This document shows positions 6,719-15,842 of a DNA stretch of 64,000 nt, piece after piece. The position numbers and the translations under genes were made by a program. Source of the DNA: Acidobacteriota bacterium (GTDB taxonomy: Bacteria; Acidobacteriota; Thermoanaerobaculia; Thermoanaerobaculales; Sulfomarinibacteraceae). The notes below the pieces were generated by a model, which saw only the letters and a program-made list of their open reading frames with translations, was not told the DNA's origin and searched no databases. Each line of letters opens with the position of its first letter. Positions within the stretch are counted from its first letter, which is position 1. The stretch is from contig JAHECW010000003.1 of NCBI GenBank assembly GCA_024641545.1, positions 1,951-65,950 of the forward strand. The letters are read 5' to 3'.

Positions 6719-7547
6719 GCTCCACCCCCATCGGTTTCTTCAGCGCGAAGGCGAAAACCATGGTCAGGACGAAGAAGACCACCATCCAGGCGAAGCTCCA
6801 CTCCCAACTCCAACCGAAGATCTCCATGGTCGCTTCGGGGTAGGCGATGGTGATGCGCCGGATCTGAGCGTCTCGGTCAAAGGGCGGCTCCGACGGCCAC
6901 TCGAGCTGATCCATGAATCCGGACGGCGGACGTTCGGGCGACAGACGCACGACCCGGTCGGTGACGCTCACGGTCTTGGTCGCCGTCGTGCCGCCGATGG
7001 TGAAGCCGAGCTCGTAGTCGCCGGGGGCGTCGGCGGCGAGCTCCCAGTTGAGCTCGCCGAGAGAGGGGACCCACACCGCCGGAGTCTCGAGGTGGAGGCC
7101 CTCGGGGACCTCGATGGCGAGATCAGGGCGCGGTCCGCCCGTGGTCGCCAGCTCGACCCGCAGCAGCGCGGTCTCGCCGGGCGCAAAGCCGCGAAAACCG
7201 TAGAACATGTGGAGCTGGACCATGAGCAGCACCAGCGGCGGCAGGATGAAGACCATGGGCACCAGCGCCAACCCCTGATAGCGCAGGACGTGGCCGGTGA
7301 TCTCCCACTGGGCCCTGGCGATGGCGCGGAGATCGTCGTTGAAGAGCCGGATCTCGAAGAGCGAGGCGGCGATCTTGTTCTTGACCGCGGTGATCTTGTC
7401 CTGATTCGAGGTCTTGCCGAAGACCCACAGGGCGAAGACCGACACCGGGATCGACCACACGATCACCCCGACCATGGCCGGCAACCCGCTCAGGGGCGCC
7501 TGCAGCCAGTCGATCACCGTGCCGAGCATCGCATTAAGACTCGTCAT
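6714..7547 (-). CDS. hypothetical membrane protein
   Basis: 277 aa with TM helices at the N-terminus, the middle and the extreme C-terminus, and a central soluble segment. It lies 17 nt downstream of the 7564-7758 ORF on the same strand. No family recognised. Confidence 0.65.
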   Translation of the reverse strand: MTSLNAMLGTVIDWLQAPLSGLPAMVGVIVWSIPVSVFALWVFGKTSNQDKITAVKNKIAASLFEIRLFNDDLRAIARAQWEITGHVLRYQGLALVPMVFILPPLVLLMVQLHMFYGFRGFAPGETALLRVELATTGGPRPDLAIEVPEGLHLETPAVWVPSLGELNWELAADAPGDYELGFTIGGTTATKTVSVTDRVVRLSPERPPSGFMDQLEWPSEPPFDRDAQIRRITIAYPEATMEIFGWSWEWSFAWMVVFFVLTMVFAFALKKPMGVEL

Positions 7548-7563
7548 GGTCTGGAATCAACCC

Positions 7564-7758
7564 CTACGACATGTAGCCGAGGCCCTGGAGGCGTTTCTTG
7601 ATTTCCTCCTCGTCCCCGGCCTCCTCGAGCAGCGCGAGCTCCTTCTCGAGGGCGTGAGTGATGAACTCCTCGGGCGAGGAGTAACCGGCGATCTCGGCGA
7701 ATTTGCGAATCCGTTCGACGAGGCTCGCGTCGAGCTTGACCTTGGTGCTTCCGAACAT
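7564..7758 (-). CDS. small ribbon-helix-helix-like protein (64 aa)
   Basis: AGGAGG lies 7 nt upstream of the ATG. KVKLDASLVERIRKFAEIAGYSSPEEFITHALEKE fits a strand-helix-helix pattern. The C-terminus is EEEIKKRLQGLGYMS. Confidence 0.6.
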   Translation of the reverse strand: MFGSTKVKLDASLVERIRKFAEIAGYSSPEEFITHALEKELALLEEAGDEEEIKKRLQGLGYMS

Positions 7759-7771
7759 GTGGTGCCTCCTG

Positions 7772-7862
7772 GGGTGCCACGTTCACAATTGTTGAATTGT
7801 GCGGAAACCCCGCACCCTACGATTGTGAGCCACACAATTCAACAATTGTGAACGTGGCACCC
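7772..7862. repeat. perfect 28-30-bp inverted repeat with 31-nt spacer, carrying GTAGGGTG heads
   Basis: 7774-7801 GTGCCACGTTCACAATTGTTGAATTGTG is the exact reverse complement of 7833-7860. The reverse strand carries GTAGGGTGC at 7812-7820 and 7858-7866. Confidence 0.9.
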
Positions 7863-7868
7863 TACCGT

Positions 7869-10001
7869 TCATTTCAGTGATGCCTTGTCGAGCAGCGGCC
7901 TGCCGTCCATGTGCGCCGCCGGCCGGATCCCGAAGAGGGTGAGCACGGTGGGCGCGAGATCGACGATGTGCGGGTCCGCGGACGACACCTCGTGGTTGCA
8001 CAGGAGGATCCCGGGGACCAGCCGCGGATCGACGATGTGATCGCCGCTCCACGCCTTGACGTTGTCCTCGAAAACCTCGCCCGCGACCACCCCCGAGGCG
8101 CAGTCCCACGAGATCCGGTAGCCGTGGTTGTACCCCATGAGCAGATCGGGGGCGTTGCCCTTGTACGGCCCGCGGTAGAGGGTGTCGGTGTCGAAGGCCT
8201 CGTTGATGGCGATGTCACCGGTCTCGGTGTCCACCAGGCCCTGCAGGTTGGCGGCGATCTGCCGTTTGACCGCCTTGGCCTCTTCGCCGGGATCAACGAT
8301 GCCCCGGGCCTCGCGGCCGCGGATGTTGAGGAACATCCCGACCAGCCCGACGGCGTAGGCCTTGGTCGTCGACCAGTCCACCGACTGGAGCCAGGGCTGG
8401 GTGGGGTCGGCGCCCGGCTTGAGGTTGAGATAGCCCTCTTTCAGCAGCCAGGCGTTGAGGTTGACGCCGCGGCGGAACGAGGTGCAGCCGTGGTCCGAGA
8501 GCACGAAAAGAACGTCGTCGTCGTTGATCTTGTCGAGCGTCCTGCCGACGATGCCGTCGTTGCGGATGTACTGCCGCTCGATGGCGTCGGCGTACTCGGG
8601 GTCGTCGACCCCCGCGGCCGCCGGGTGACCCTCATCGATGTAGCGCCAGTACATGTGGTTGACGCGGTCGGTGGCGTCGAAGACCGTGACCAGCGCGCCC
8701 GACCGCAGCCGGTCGAGGGCGATGTCGAGCATCTGCTCACGCTCGCCGTCGACATCCTGGGTCTGGGTCCAGAAGGTGCCGTCGTCGGTGATTTGCTCGT
8801 TCAGGGCCCATGTATCTTCCGCCAATCCGAGGGTGGCGAAGGGGCCGATCTTCTTCTCGAGATAGCTCGAGTAGTAGGAGGGGTGCGAGATCGGCATGGC
8901 GGGCTTGCCGGGTTCGATGTTGATCGGCGACATGTAGAGCGAGACGTGCTCGCCGGTCTCGGTGAGCATGATCCGGGTGAGACCGCTGACCTTCATCCCG
9001 GGGATGACCTTGAAGTCGAGCTTGACCCAGTCGCTGAGCTCGCCGGTCCTGAGCTCGAGCCTGGTGCCGCTGATGGCGGCCGTCGCCGTCCCCGACTCCG
9101 GGTCGACATCGATGGTGAGCGGCAGCTCCATGGGCGGGTTGCCCTCGAAAAAGGAGTTCTCGGGGCCCAGCAAGGTGGCCTCGAAGCTCGTTGCCGAGCC
9201 GTTCCGGCTGAGGCTGACGCGGATCCCGCCCTCCTGGAAGGCCTCGTCCTCCGGGCGGGTCGTGAAGAGCATGAAGCTGCCCTGGGTGCCGAGGAGGTCC
9301 GGGATGCACATGGCGCCGAGCTGGGCGCCGTAGAACTTGTCGGGCGGGAAGGTGATGGGCACCCGGATGATGGTGCTCCAGATGTTGTTCTCGCCGAGGA
9401 TGGTCCACCACGGTTTGGACATCCGCAGCAGCCGGATATCGGGTTTGGCGAGCGGGATCCTCAGCTTGCCGATCTTCAGGGTTTTCTCCACCGGGCCGAT
9501 GTGGGCCGAGCTCAGGCGGGGGAGATAGGTTCGCGGGTCGCGGTCGAGGAAGTCGAAGATGTTGTGCCGGCCGGGGTTGGTTCCGGTGCTGAAGGATGAC
9601 CACGCCACCGGCGTGATCGACGGGAAGGTGGTGCGGAGCCTGCGGTAGCAGCCGCGTTCGGCGAGCCTGGAGAAGTTGGGCAGTTTGCCTTCGGCCATCA
9701 TCCGCTCGGTGATCTGTGCGTCCTGGCCGTCGAAGCCGATGAAGATCGTCCGCTTGACCAACGGTTTGGATTTGCGGCGGTGGCGAATCATCCGCCACAC
9801 GGTCCGGAAGGGCCAGGCGAGGATCGACACGCCGGCCAGAATCATGGTCACGAAGATCACGGCGAAGGAACCGAGAACCGCAAACCCCGCGCCCGGGCCG
9901 ATGTAGGCGTCGGCGGTGGCCGGCGCTCCCAACACGAGAAACACCAAGGCGGTCCCGACCCAGACCCCGGACCATCGGTGGGCGTGTGTTGTCGTCGTCA
10001 T
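7869..10001 (-). CDS. alkaline-phosphatase-superfamily enzyme, nucleotide pyrophosphatase/phosphodiesterase (NPP) type, membrane anchored
   Basis: 710 aa. N-terminal TM hairpin (YIGPGAGFAVLGSFAVIFV). FIGFDGQD...TFPSITPVAWSSFSTGTNPGRHNIFDF and VLSDHGC match NPP-family metal and nucleophile motifs. Confidence 0.8.
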   Translation of the reverse strand: MTTTTHAHRWSGVWVGTALVFLVLGAPATADAYIGPGAGFAVLGSFAVIFVTMILAGVSILAWPFRTVWRMIRHRRKSKPLVKRTIFIGFDGQDAQITERMMAEGKLPNFSRLAERGCYRRLRTTFPSITPVAWSSFSTGTNPGRHNIFDFLDRDPRTYLPRLSSAHIGPVEKTLKIGKLRIPLAKPDIRLLRMSKPWWTILGENNIWSTIIRVPITFPPDKFYGAQLGAMCIPDLLGTQGSFMLFTTRPEDEAFQEGGIRVSLSRNGSATSFEATLLGPENSFFEGNPPMELPLTIDVDPESGTATAAISGTRLELRTGELSDWVKLDFKVIPGMKVSGLTRIMLTETGEHVSLYMSPINIEPGKPAMPISHPSYYSSYLEKKIGPFATLGLAEDTWALNEQITDDGTFWTQTQDVDGEREQMLDIALDRLRSGALVTVFDATDRVNHMYWRYIDEGHPAAAGVDDPEYADAIERQYIRNDGIVGRTLDKINDDDVLFVLSDHGCTSFRRGVNLNAWLLKEGYLNLKPGADPTQPWLQSVDWSTTKAYAVGLVGMFLNIRGREARGIVDPGEEAKAVKRQIAANLQGLVDTETGDIAINEAFDTDTLYRGPYKGNAPDLLMGYNHGYRISWDCASGVVAGEVFEDNVKAWSGDHIVDPRLVPGILLCNHEVSSADPHIVDLAPTVLTLFGIRPAAHMDGRPLLDKASLK

Positions 10002-10200
10002 TCGTTACGAAGTCCTTTTTTGAAAGGCGGTTGGTCGGGTTCCCCCATCTCTCGATGCAGACAACCCTTCGGTTTCGACCGGCATTTCCCAGGGGGTGTA
10101 GTATAGGCGTCGCCGTCGGGGCGCGCAAGGGCGGCGGAGATCATCGAAGCGGCCTATCATCCTTGATTACCGGTGCTTACGGTCGCGGGAGAAACTCAGC

Positions 10201-10812
10201 ATGGGATCGATTCTCGGCAGACTGCTGCGCCGGCTCAAGTACGGTAAACCCATCGTGTTGGTGTCGGGGCTGCCGCGCTCCGGCACCTCCATGGCGATGA
10301 AGATGCTCGCGGCCGGCGGGATGGAGACCATCGTCGACAACATCCGAACCGCCGACGAGGACAACCCCAAGGGCTACTTCGAGGACGAGCGGGTCAAGAA
10401 CCTGGCCGAAATGGACGACACGAGGTGGCTCCGCGCCGCCCGCGGCAAGGTCATCAAGGTGGTCTCGTCGTTGCTCCAGTATCTGCCCGACGACAACACC
10501 TACAAGGTGATCTTCATGCGCCGCAATCTGCGCGAGGTCTTGGCGTCCCAGGCAAAGATGCTCGAGCGCCGCGGCGAAGAGAACACGGCTGACGACGACG
10601 CCATGCTCCGCATGTACGAAGCTCACCTGGACAAAATGAAGTTCCAGTTGAGATTCCGTGACTGGTTCGATGTTCTCTATCTCGATTTCGCCGACGTCGT
10701 CGCCGACCCCGAAACGGCCGCGCGGCAGATCAACGAGTTCCTCGGCGGCACGATGGATGTCGAAAAGATGGCCGTCGAGGTCGATCCGAATCTCTATCGC
10801 AATCGGGCGTAG
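10201..10812 (+). CDS. PAPS-dependent sulfotransferase family protein
   Basis: 203 aa. 5'-PSB-like loop VSGLPRSGTS and 3'-PB-like FMRRNLREVLAS. Confidence 0.7.
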   Translation: MGSILGRLLRRLKYGKPIVLVSGLPRSGTSMAMKMLAAGGMETIVDNIRTADEDNPKGYFEDERVKNLAEMDDTRWLRAARGKVIKVVSSLLQYLPDDNTYKVIFMRRNLREVLASQAKMLERRGEENTADDDAMLRMYEAHLDKMKFQLRFRDWFDVLYLDFADVVADPETAARQINEFLGGTMDVEKMAVEVDPNLYRNRA

Positions 10813-10815
10813 GCC

Positions 10816-11049
10816 CCTCGTCCGCGTCCGCGTCCGAGTCCGCCTCCGATGAGATGAGTTTCGCCAGACTGTCGCATTGATTGGTCGGTGGCTCGGCAGG
10901 AGATTCAGCCTGTTCTTTCCGCCCGAAAATCACACTGCCCGTCGTCACAATGGCTGCTGGTGAGCCGTATCCGCTCAGTGCTCGGTGTGGGCATCGCGAG
11001 CCGGTATGCTCGATTTCGGGCACGGACGCGGACGCGGACGCGGACGAGG
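10816..11049. repeat. MITE-like element: 21-bp perfect terminal inverted repeats made of hexamer (GTCCGC)n flanking ~190 bp
   Basis: 10816-10836 CCTCGTCCGCGTCCGCGTCCG is the reverse complement of 11029-11049. The element sits between convergent stops at 10812 and 11066. Confidence 0.7.
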
Positions 11050-11065
11050 ACTCGGACCGGGGCGT

Positions 11066-11551
11066 TCACTCCCACTCACCGTCGGCGATCGGCAGCCGCC
11101 GGATCGGGACGTGCTCGAAGATCAGCCTGGTCTCGATGTGGGCGACCTCGGATCTCGTCGTGAAGGCATCCATCGCGAGATCGCGGAGGTGGTCGGCATC
11201 GCGCACGGCGACGTGGACCAGGAAATCGTCGGCGCCGGCGACGTGGTAGACGGTGCGGACCTCGGTGAGCCCGAGGACGTACTCGCGGAACGAGGTCACG
11301 ACCTTGCGCGAGTGGCGCTGGAGGCGGACCGCGATCATGGCCTGGAGCCCGAACCCGAGCATGGCGAGATCGATGTCGGCGTGAAAGTCGCGGATGGCGC
11401 CCGCCTCCACCAATCGCCGAACCCGTTCCAGGCATGTCGACGGCGCCAGCCCGACGTGTTCGGCGAGATCCTTGTTCGAAATCCTCGCGTTGGTGTTCAG
11501 AACCGCCAGGATGGCGATGTCGGACGAATCCAGATCGGCGGGGTAGCGCAT
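11066..11551 (-). CDS. lrp: Lrp/AsnC family transcriptional regulator
   Basis: 161 aa. HTH ISNKDLAEHVGLAPSTCLERVRRLVEAG plus a C-terminal RAM/AsnC_trans_reg-like domain. Confidence 0.9.
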   Translation of the reverse strand: MRYPADLDSSDIAILAVLNTNARISNKDLAEHVGLAPSTCLERVRRLVEAGAIRDFHADIDLAMLGFGLQAMIAVRLQRHSRKVVTSFREYVLGLTEVRTVYHVAGADDFLVHVAVRDADHLRDLAMDAFTTRSEVAHIETRLIFEHVPIRRLPIADGEWE

Positions 11552-11556
11552 ACGTC

Positions 11557-11700
11557 AATTATGAATTATGAATGATGAATTATGAATGCACCGCAGCGCG
11601 AATACTCAATTCTCAATTCTCAATTTTGAATTGCCATCGCGGGGCTTCCGATGCGACGGTGCGATCGTGCGATGCAATTCATAATTCACAATTCATAATT
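11557..11700. repeat. AT-rich 7-nt-word hairpin element
   Basis: Left arm (AATTATG)n at 11557-11588. Right arm (AATTCAT/AATTCAC)n at 11676-11700, complementary at about 22/25. Internal arrays AATTCTC x3 and GTGCGAT x3. Confidence 0.8.
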
Positions 11701-13123
11701 TCTTGAGTTCCGGCAGATACCAACAGACCACTTTGGGTTCGGTCATCTCCTGGAGCGAGAACTTGACCCCTTCCCGGCCCAGCCCCGATCCCTTGATCCC
11801 GCCGAAGGGCATGGAGTCGAGGCGGTAATCGGTGGAGTCGTTGATCAGGACGCTGCCGGCATCGAGGCCCTGGACCAGCCGGTAGCAGATCTCGATGTCG
11901 CGGGCGAACGCGGCGGCGTGGAGACCGTAGTCGGCCGAGTTGGCGCTCGCGATGGCGTCGTCGAGTTCGTCGAAGGGATAGAGGTTGACCGTCGGACCGA
12001 AGACCTCTTCATAGTGGATGGTGGCGTCGGCCGGAACATTCTCGAGCACGGTGGGCTCGACGAGGGCCCCGCTGCGGCGCCCGCCGGCGGCGATGGTGGC
12101 GCCCTTCTCGACGGCCTCGGCGATCCAACGTTCGACGCGCTCGGCCTCGGCCTCGGTGATCATGGGACCCATGTCGGTGGCTTCATCGAGCTTGTCGCCG
12201 ATCCGATAGGCCTTGGTCCGTTCGACAAAGAGATCGCGGAAGCGGTCGTAGACGTCGCGGTGGATGTAGATTCGCTGGACGCCGATGCAGTTCTGTCCGG
12301 CGGCCCAGAAGGCGCCGGAGACGCAGGTCTCGGCGGCCCACTCGACGTCGGCGTCCCGCCACACCACGACCGGCGAGTTGGAGCCGAGCTCCATGCCGAT
12401 CTTTTTCAGTCCGGCCCTGGTGGTGATGCGCTTGCCTGCCTCGAGCCCGCCGGTGAAGCTCACCATGCGGACCCGCTCGTCGGCGACCAGGGCGTCCCCG
12501 AGGACGGCGCCGTTGCCGGTGATGGTCTGAAGGACGTCCTTCGGCAGCCCGGCCTCGAGGAAGGCCTCGGTGAGCTTGAGCGCCGACAGGGGAGTGACGG
12601 TGGCGGGCTTGAGGATCACCGAGTTGCCGCCGGCGATGGCCGGGCCGAGCTTGTGGGCGACGAGGTTGAGGGGGTCGTTGAACGGGGTGATGGCGAGGAC
12701 GACGCCGATGGGAACGCGCTCGTAGTGACCGCGCCGGTGCTCGCCGCCGGGGAAGGAGTCGAAGGGGATGGTCTCGCCGTTGAGCCGCTTGGCCTCCTCG
12801 GCGGAGATGGTCAGGGTGTTGACCGTGCGGTTGGCCTCCTTGCGCGCCTCCCTGATGGTCTTGGAGCCTTCGCGCGCGATGGTGGTGGCGAACTCCTCGA
12901 CCCGGGCGGCGACGATGGCGGCGGTCTTGAGCAGGATCCGGGAGCGCTCGTAGGTCGTCATCCGCCGCGCCGTCGCGCGCGCCGCGAAGGCCGCGGCCAT
13001 GGCGGTTTCGACATCGTCGTGGGTGGCCGAAGGAACCGTGTCGATGAGCGAGTTGTCAAAGGGGTCGCGGACGTCGATGGTCTCGGCGCGATCGACCCAC
13101 TCGCCGGCGAGGAGCATGCGCAT
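11693..13123 (-). CDS. NAD(P)-dependent aldehyde dehydrogenase family protein
   Basis: 476 aa from MRMLLAGEW. Catalytic motifs MELGSNSP and GQNCIG, plus PFGGIKGSG. The start ATG overlaps the hom stop (ATGA at 13121-13125). Confidence 0.9.
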   Translation of the reverse strand: MRMLLAGEWVDRAETIDVRDPFDNSLIDTVPSATHDDVETAMAAAFAARATARRMTTYERSRILLKTAAIVAARVEEFATTIAREGSKTIREARKEANRTVNTLTISAEEAKRLNGETIPFDSFPGGEHRRGHYERVPIGVVLAITPFNDPLNLVAHKLGPAIAGGNSVILKPATVTPLSALKLTEAFLEAGLPKDVLQTITGNGAVLGDALVADERVRMVSFTGGLEAGKRITTRAGLKKIGMELGSNSPVVVWRDADVEWAAETCVSGAFWAAGQNCIGVQRIYIHRDVYDRFRDLFVERTKAYRIGDKLDEATDMGPMITEAEAERVERWIAEAVEKGATIAAGGRRSGALVEPTVLENVPADATIHYEEVFGPTVNLYPFDELDDAIASANSADYGLHAAAFARDIEICYRLVQGLDAGSVLINDSTDYRLDSMPFGGIKGSGLGREGVKFSLQEMTEPKVVCWYLPELKKL

Positions 13124-14139
13124 CAGGACCTCCCGAGGTGGATGAGATCGTTGAGCAGTGAGAATCCGGTCTCGCGGCGGCCGGCGCCGGGACCGACGAT
13201 GGTGACGTCGCCCAGCGTGTCGGTGGTGATGGTCATGGCGTTGGTGGCGCCGCCGACCCCCGCCAGGGGGTGGGTGGTGTCGACGAGCTGCGGACCGACC
13301 GAGGCGCGAACCGCGGCGCCGTCCCGCCAGACCCGGCCGATGAGCTTGTACTTCTTGCCGTCGGCGGCCGCGGCCTCGATCTGCGCCGGGGTGATTTCGG
13401 TGATCCCCCGGCACGGTGAGTCGGCGGGGCGCAGCGCTGCGCCGAAGACGGTGTTGGCGAGAATGGTGACCTTCGCAAGCGCGTCGAAGCCGAGAACATC
13501 GGCGTCGGGCACCGCCTCGGCATAACCGAGCTCCTGCGCCTCGGCGAGGGCGGCGGCGTAGTCCATCCCACCCTCCATCCGGGTGAGGATGAAGTTGGTG
13601 GTGCCGTTGAGGATGCCCTTCATTTCGGTGATCTCGGATCCGGCAAGGGTCTCGCGGACGAGGTTGAGCAGTGGGGTGCCGGCCATCACCGTGCCCTCGA
13701 AGAGGAAGCGGGCGTCGTTGGCGGCGGCAAGCTCGGTGAGCTCCTGCGATGCGAGCGCGGTCGGACCTTTGTTGGTCGTGGTCACCGACATCCCCTTGGC
13801 GAGAGCGGCGCGGATGTGGTCGGTGGCCGGCTGGCCGGTCTTGATGTCGGTGTAGGTGATCTCGCACATGACATCGGCATCGGCCTCGTCGATCATCCTC
13901 AGCGCATCCCAGTCGCAGCCGCCCGGCAGGGATGACAGCGGTTCGCCGGCGGCGGCCTTGGCGAGCGCGGCCTCGAGGTCGATACCGGCGGGGTTGTGAC
14001 AGCTGCCCTTGAGCATGTCCGAGATCCCGACGACGGTGCAGTCGAGGCCGTGGTTCCGTTTCAGGTCGACCTTCTTCTCGATGAGGAGCTCGGCGAGCCC
14101 CTGACCGACGGTCCCGAATCCGATGAGTAGCAGTTTCAT
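13123..14139 (-). CDS. hom: homoserine dehydrogenase
   Basis: 338 aa from MKLLLIGFGTVGQG (NAD fold). NGTTNFILTRM and DVLGFDALAKVTILAN are hom signature-like. Confidence 0.85.
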   Translation of the reverse strand: MKLLLIGFGTVGQGLAELLIEKKVDLKRNHGLDCTVVGISDMLKGSCHNPAGIDLEAALAKAAAGEPLSSLPGGCDWDALRMIDEADADVMCEITYTDIKTGQPATDHIRAALAKGMSVTTTNKGPTALASQELTELAAANDARFLFEGTVMAGTPLLNLVRETLAGSEITEMKGILNGTTNFILTRMEGGMDYAAALAEAQELGYAEAVPDADVLGFDALAKVTILANTVFGAALRPADSPCRGITEITPAQIEAAAADGKKYKLIGRVWRDGAAVRASVGPQLVDTTHPLAGVGGATNAMTITTDTLGDVTIVGPGAGRRETGFSLLNDLIHLGRS

Positions 14140-14170
14140 GTCGTTCTCCTTGAAGTCACTGATCTCGTCG

Positions 14171-14267
14171 CAACCACGAAGGCACAAAGGCACAAAGAAA
14201 TCACAAAGGAGTTGTGTTTGAAAACCCTTGGTGATCCCCTTCGTGTCTTGGTGTCTTTGTGGTTGTG
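14171..14267. repeat. 8-nt-word imperfect hairpin (CACNAAGN words)
   Basis: Left arm CAACCACGAAGGCACAAAGGCACAAAGAAATCACAAAGG. The reverse complement of the right arm reads CAACCACAAAGACACCAAGACACGAAGGGGATCACCAAGG. Mismatches recur every 4 nt. Confidence 0.8.
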
Positions 14268-14282
14268 GCGCATGGTCTCGCC

Positions 14283-15650
14283 TTAAATCTGTGCGAGGGC
14301 CTGGTCGAGATCGTCGATGGTGTCGGCGGGGTGCTCGGCGCCGACGCAGAGCCGGACCATGGTCGGTGGAATCCCGGCGAGCCTGCGCCCCTCCTCGCCC
14401 TGCTGTTGGTGGGTCGAGATCGCGGGGATCGTGGCGACGCTCTTGATCCGGCCGAGATCGGTGGCGCGGAAGGTCCGCTGCAGGCCGTCGAAGAAGACCC
14501 GGGCGTCGGCAGCTGAACCGCGGATGATGAATGACATGAGGTGGCCGTAGGCCGGGGTCTCGTCGTCGACCACTTTCATGTAACGCGAAGCCAGCTCGTG
14601 CAGCGGGTGGTGCTCGAGACCGAGGTAGTCGACCCGCTCGATCTTCGGGTGGTCGGCGAGATAGCGCGCGACGACCATGGTGTTCTGCGACATCTGCGCC
14701 ATCTTGAGCCGCAGAGTCCGCATCTCGTTGAGCAGATAGTGGGCGGAGATCGGGGTCATGCACGGGCCCGAGTCGCGGAACGGCCAGAGCTTGAGCCAGA
14801 GAGCGTAGTCGGCCCGTTGGTCGTCGTCGAGGTGGCGCGCGGTCAGCCCGTGGCGGGCGACGATGCCGCCGGCGATGGCGTTGCCGCCCGCCCCGGCGGT
14901 CTTGGACAGCGAGTGGACGACGATGTCGGCGCCGTGGGCGAGCGGCCGCATGAGAGCCGGCGTGGCCACGGTGGCGTCGACGATGAGCGGCAGTCCGTGG
15001 CTGTGGGCGAGCTCGGCCGCGGCCTCGAGATCGGTGCAGGCCTGTTGCGGGTTGGACGGCATTTCGGCGTAGAGGAAGCGGGTGTGCTCGTCGATGAGCG
15101 GCTCCCAGGCCTCGATCTTCCACGGTTCGGTGACCCAGCGGACCTCGGCGCCGCGCTCGGCCATCCGCAGGTTGAAGAGCTGGAAGGTGCCGCCGTAGAC
15201 CTGCGCGGTTGAAATGAAATTGATCGGCTCGTTACCGCGTCTGGCGACGAGCGGCTCGATCGCCTGCTTGATCGCCGACATTCCGGACGAGGTGCAGAGC
15301 CCGGTGGCGTCGGCGGCGCAGCCGTAGGACTCGAGCAGGGCCAGGGTTTCTTCGAGGTAGAACACCGTGGGGTTGTGGATCCGCGAGTAGCACCAGGTGG
15401 GAATCCGGTACGAAAGCGCGGCTTCCATCTCGTCCGAGTCGCGGTAGGCCTGGGAGGTCGACGGGAAGATCGGTTCGACGATCCCGCCCTGGCCGCCGGC
15501 GAAGGCCTCCTCGAGGCCGTACATCCCGTGCACCGCGATCGTGTCGAAGCGCAGCTTGCGGACCCTGGCGCGGAGCTCGGCCCGCTTGGCGGTGGCTGCC
15601 CGGGCGGCCTCGATGTAGCGATCAACACCGTTCATGGTTGCCGTGGTCAT
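14283..15650 (-). CDS. metY: O-acetylhomoserine/O-succinylhomoserine sulfhydrylase-like PLP enzyme (Cys/Met metabolism family)
   Basis: 455 aa from MTTATMNG with GGAGG upstream. PLP-lysine context HSLSKTAGAGGNAIAG. Collinear with the MetY/MetZ family. Confidence 0.8.
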   Translation of the reverse strand: MTTATMNGVDRYIEAARAATAKRAELRARVRKLRFDTIAVHGMYGLEEAFAGGQGGIVEPIFPSTSQAYRDSDEMEAALSYRIPTWCYSRIHNPTVFYLEETLALLESYGCAADATGLCTSSGMSAIKQAIEPLVARRGNEPINFISTAQVYGGTFQLFNLRMAERGAEVRWVTEPWKIEAWEPLIDEHTRFLYAEMPSNPQQACTDLEAAAELAHSHGLPLIVDATVATPALMRPLAHGADIVVHSLSKTAGAGGNAIAGGIVARHGLTARHLDDDQRADYALWLKLWPFRDSGPCMTPISAHYLLNEMRTLRLKMAQMSQNTMVVARYLADHPKIERVDYLGLEHHPLHELASRYMKVVDDETPAYGHLMSFIIRGSAADARVFFDGLQRTFRATDLGRIKSVATIPAISTHQQQGEEGRRLAGIPPTMVRLCVGAEHPADTIDDLDQALAQI

Positions 15651-15842
15651 GGTCGCCTCCTCAGGTGTTTCGTTTGAGCGATCGGACACAAGGTATCCCT
15701 CGAAGGAAGCGCGTGCAAACTGGTGAATCTGATTCGGAAACGACAACAGAATTGGTAATTTACGGAATTTTGTTCGAAGAAACTTCAAGAACCTGGATTT
15801 TATGAGAAACGTGTCGTGCCGGGACGGGGGAGCGGGTGGAAC

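Noticed and set aside
15651-15830. SAM riboswitch or T-box upstream of metY
   Set aside because: The leader is AT-richer and probably contains the promoter, but I could not recognise SAM-I, SAM-II or SAM-V core motifs by eye. It is left unannotated.
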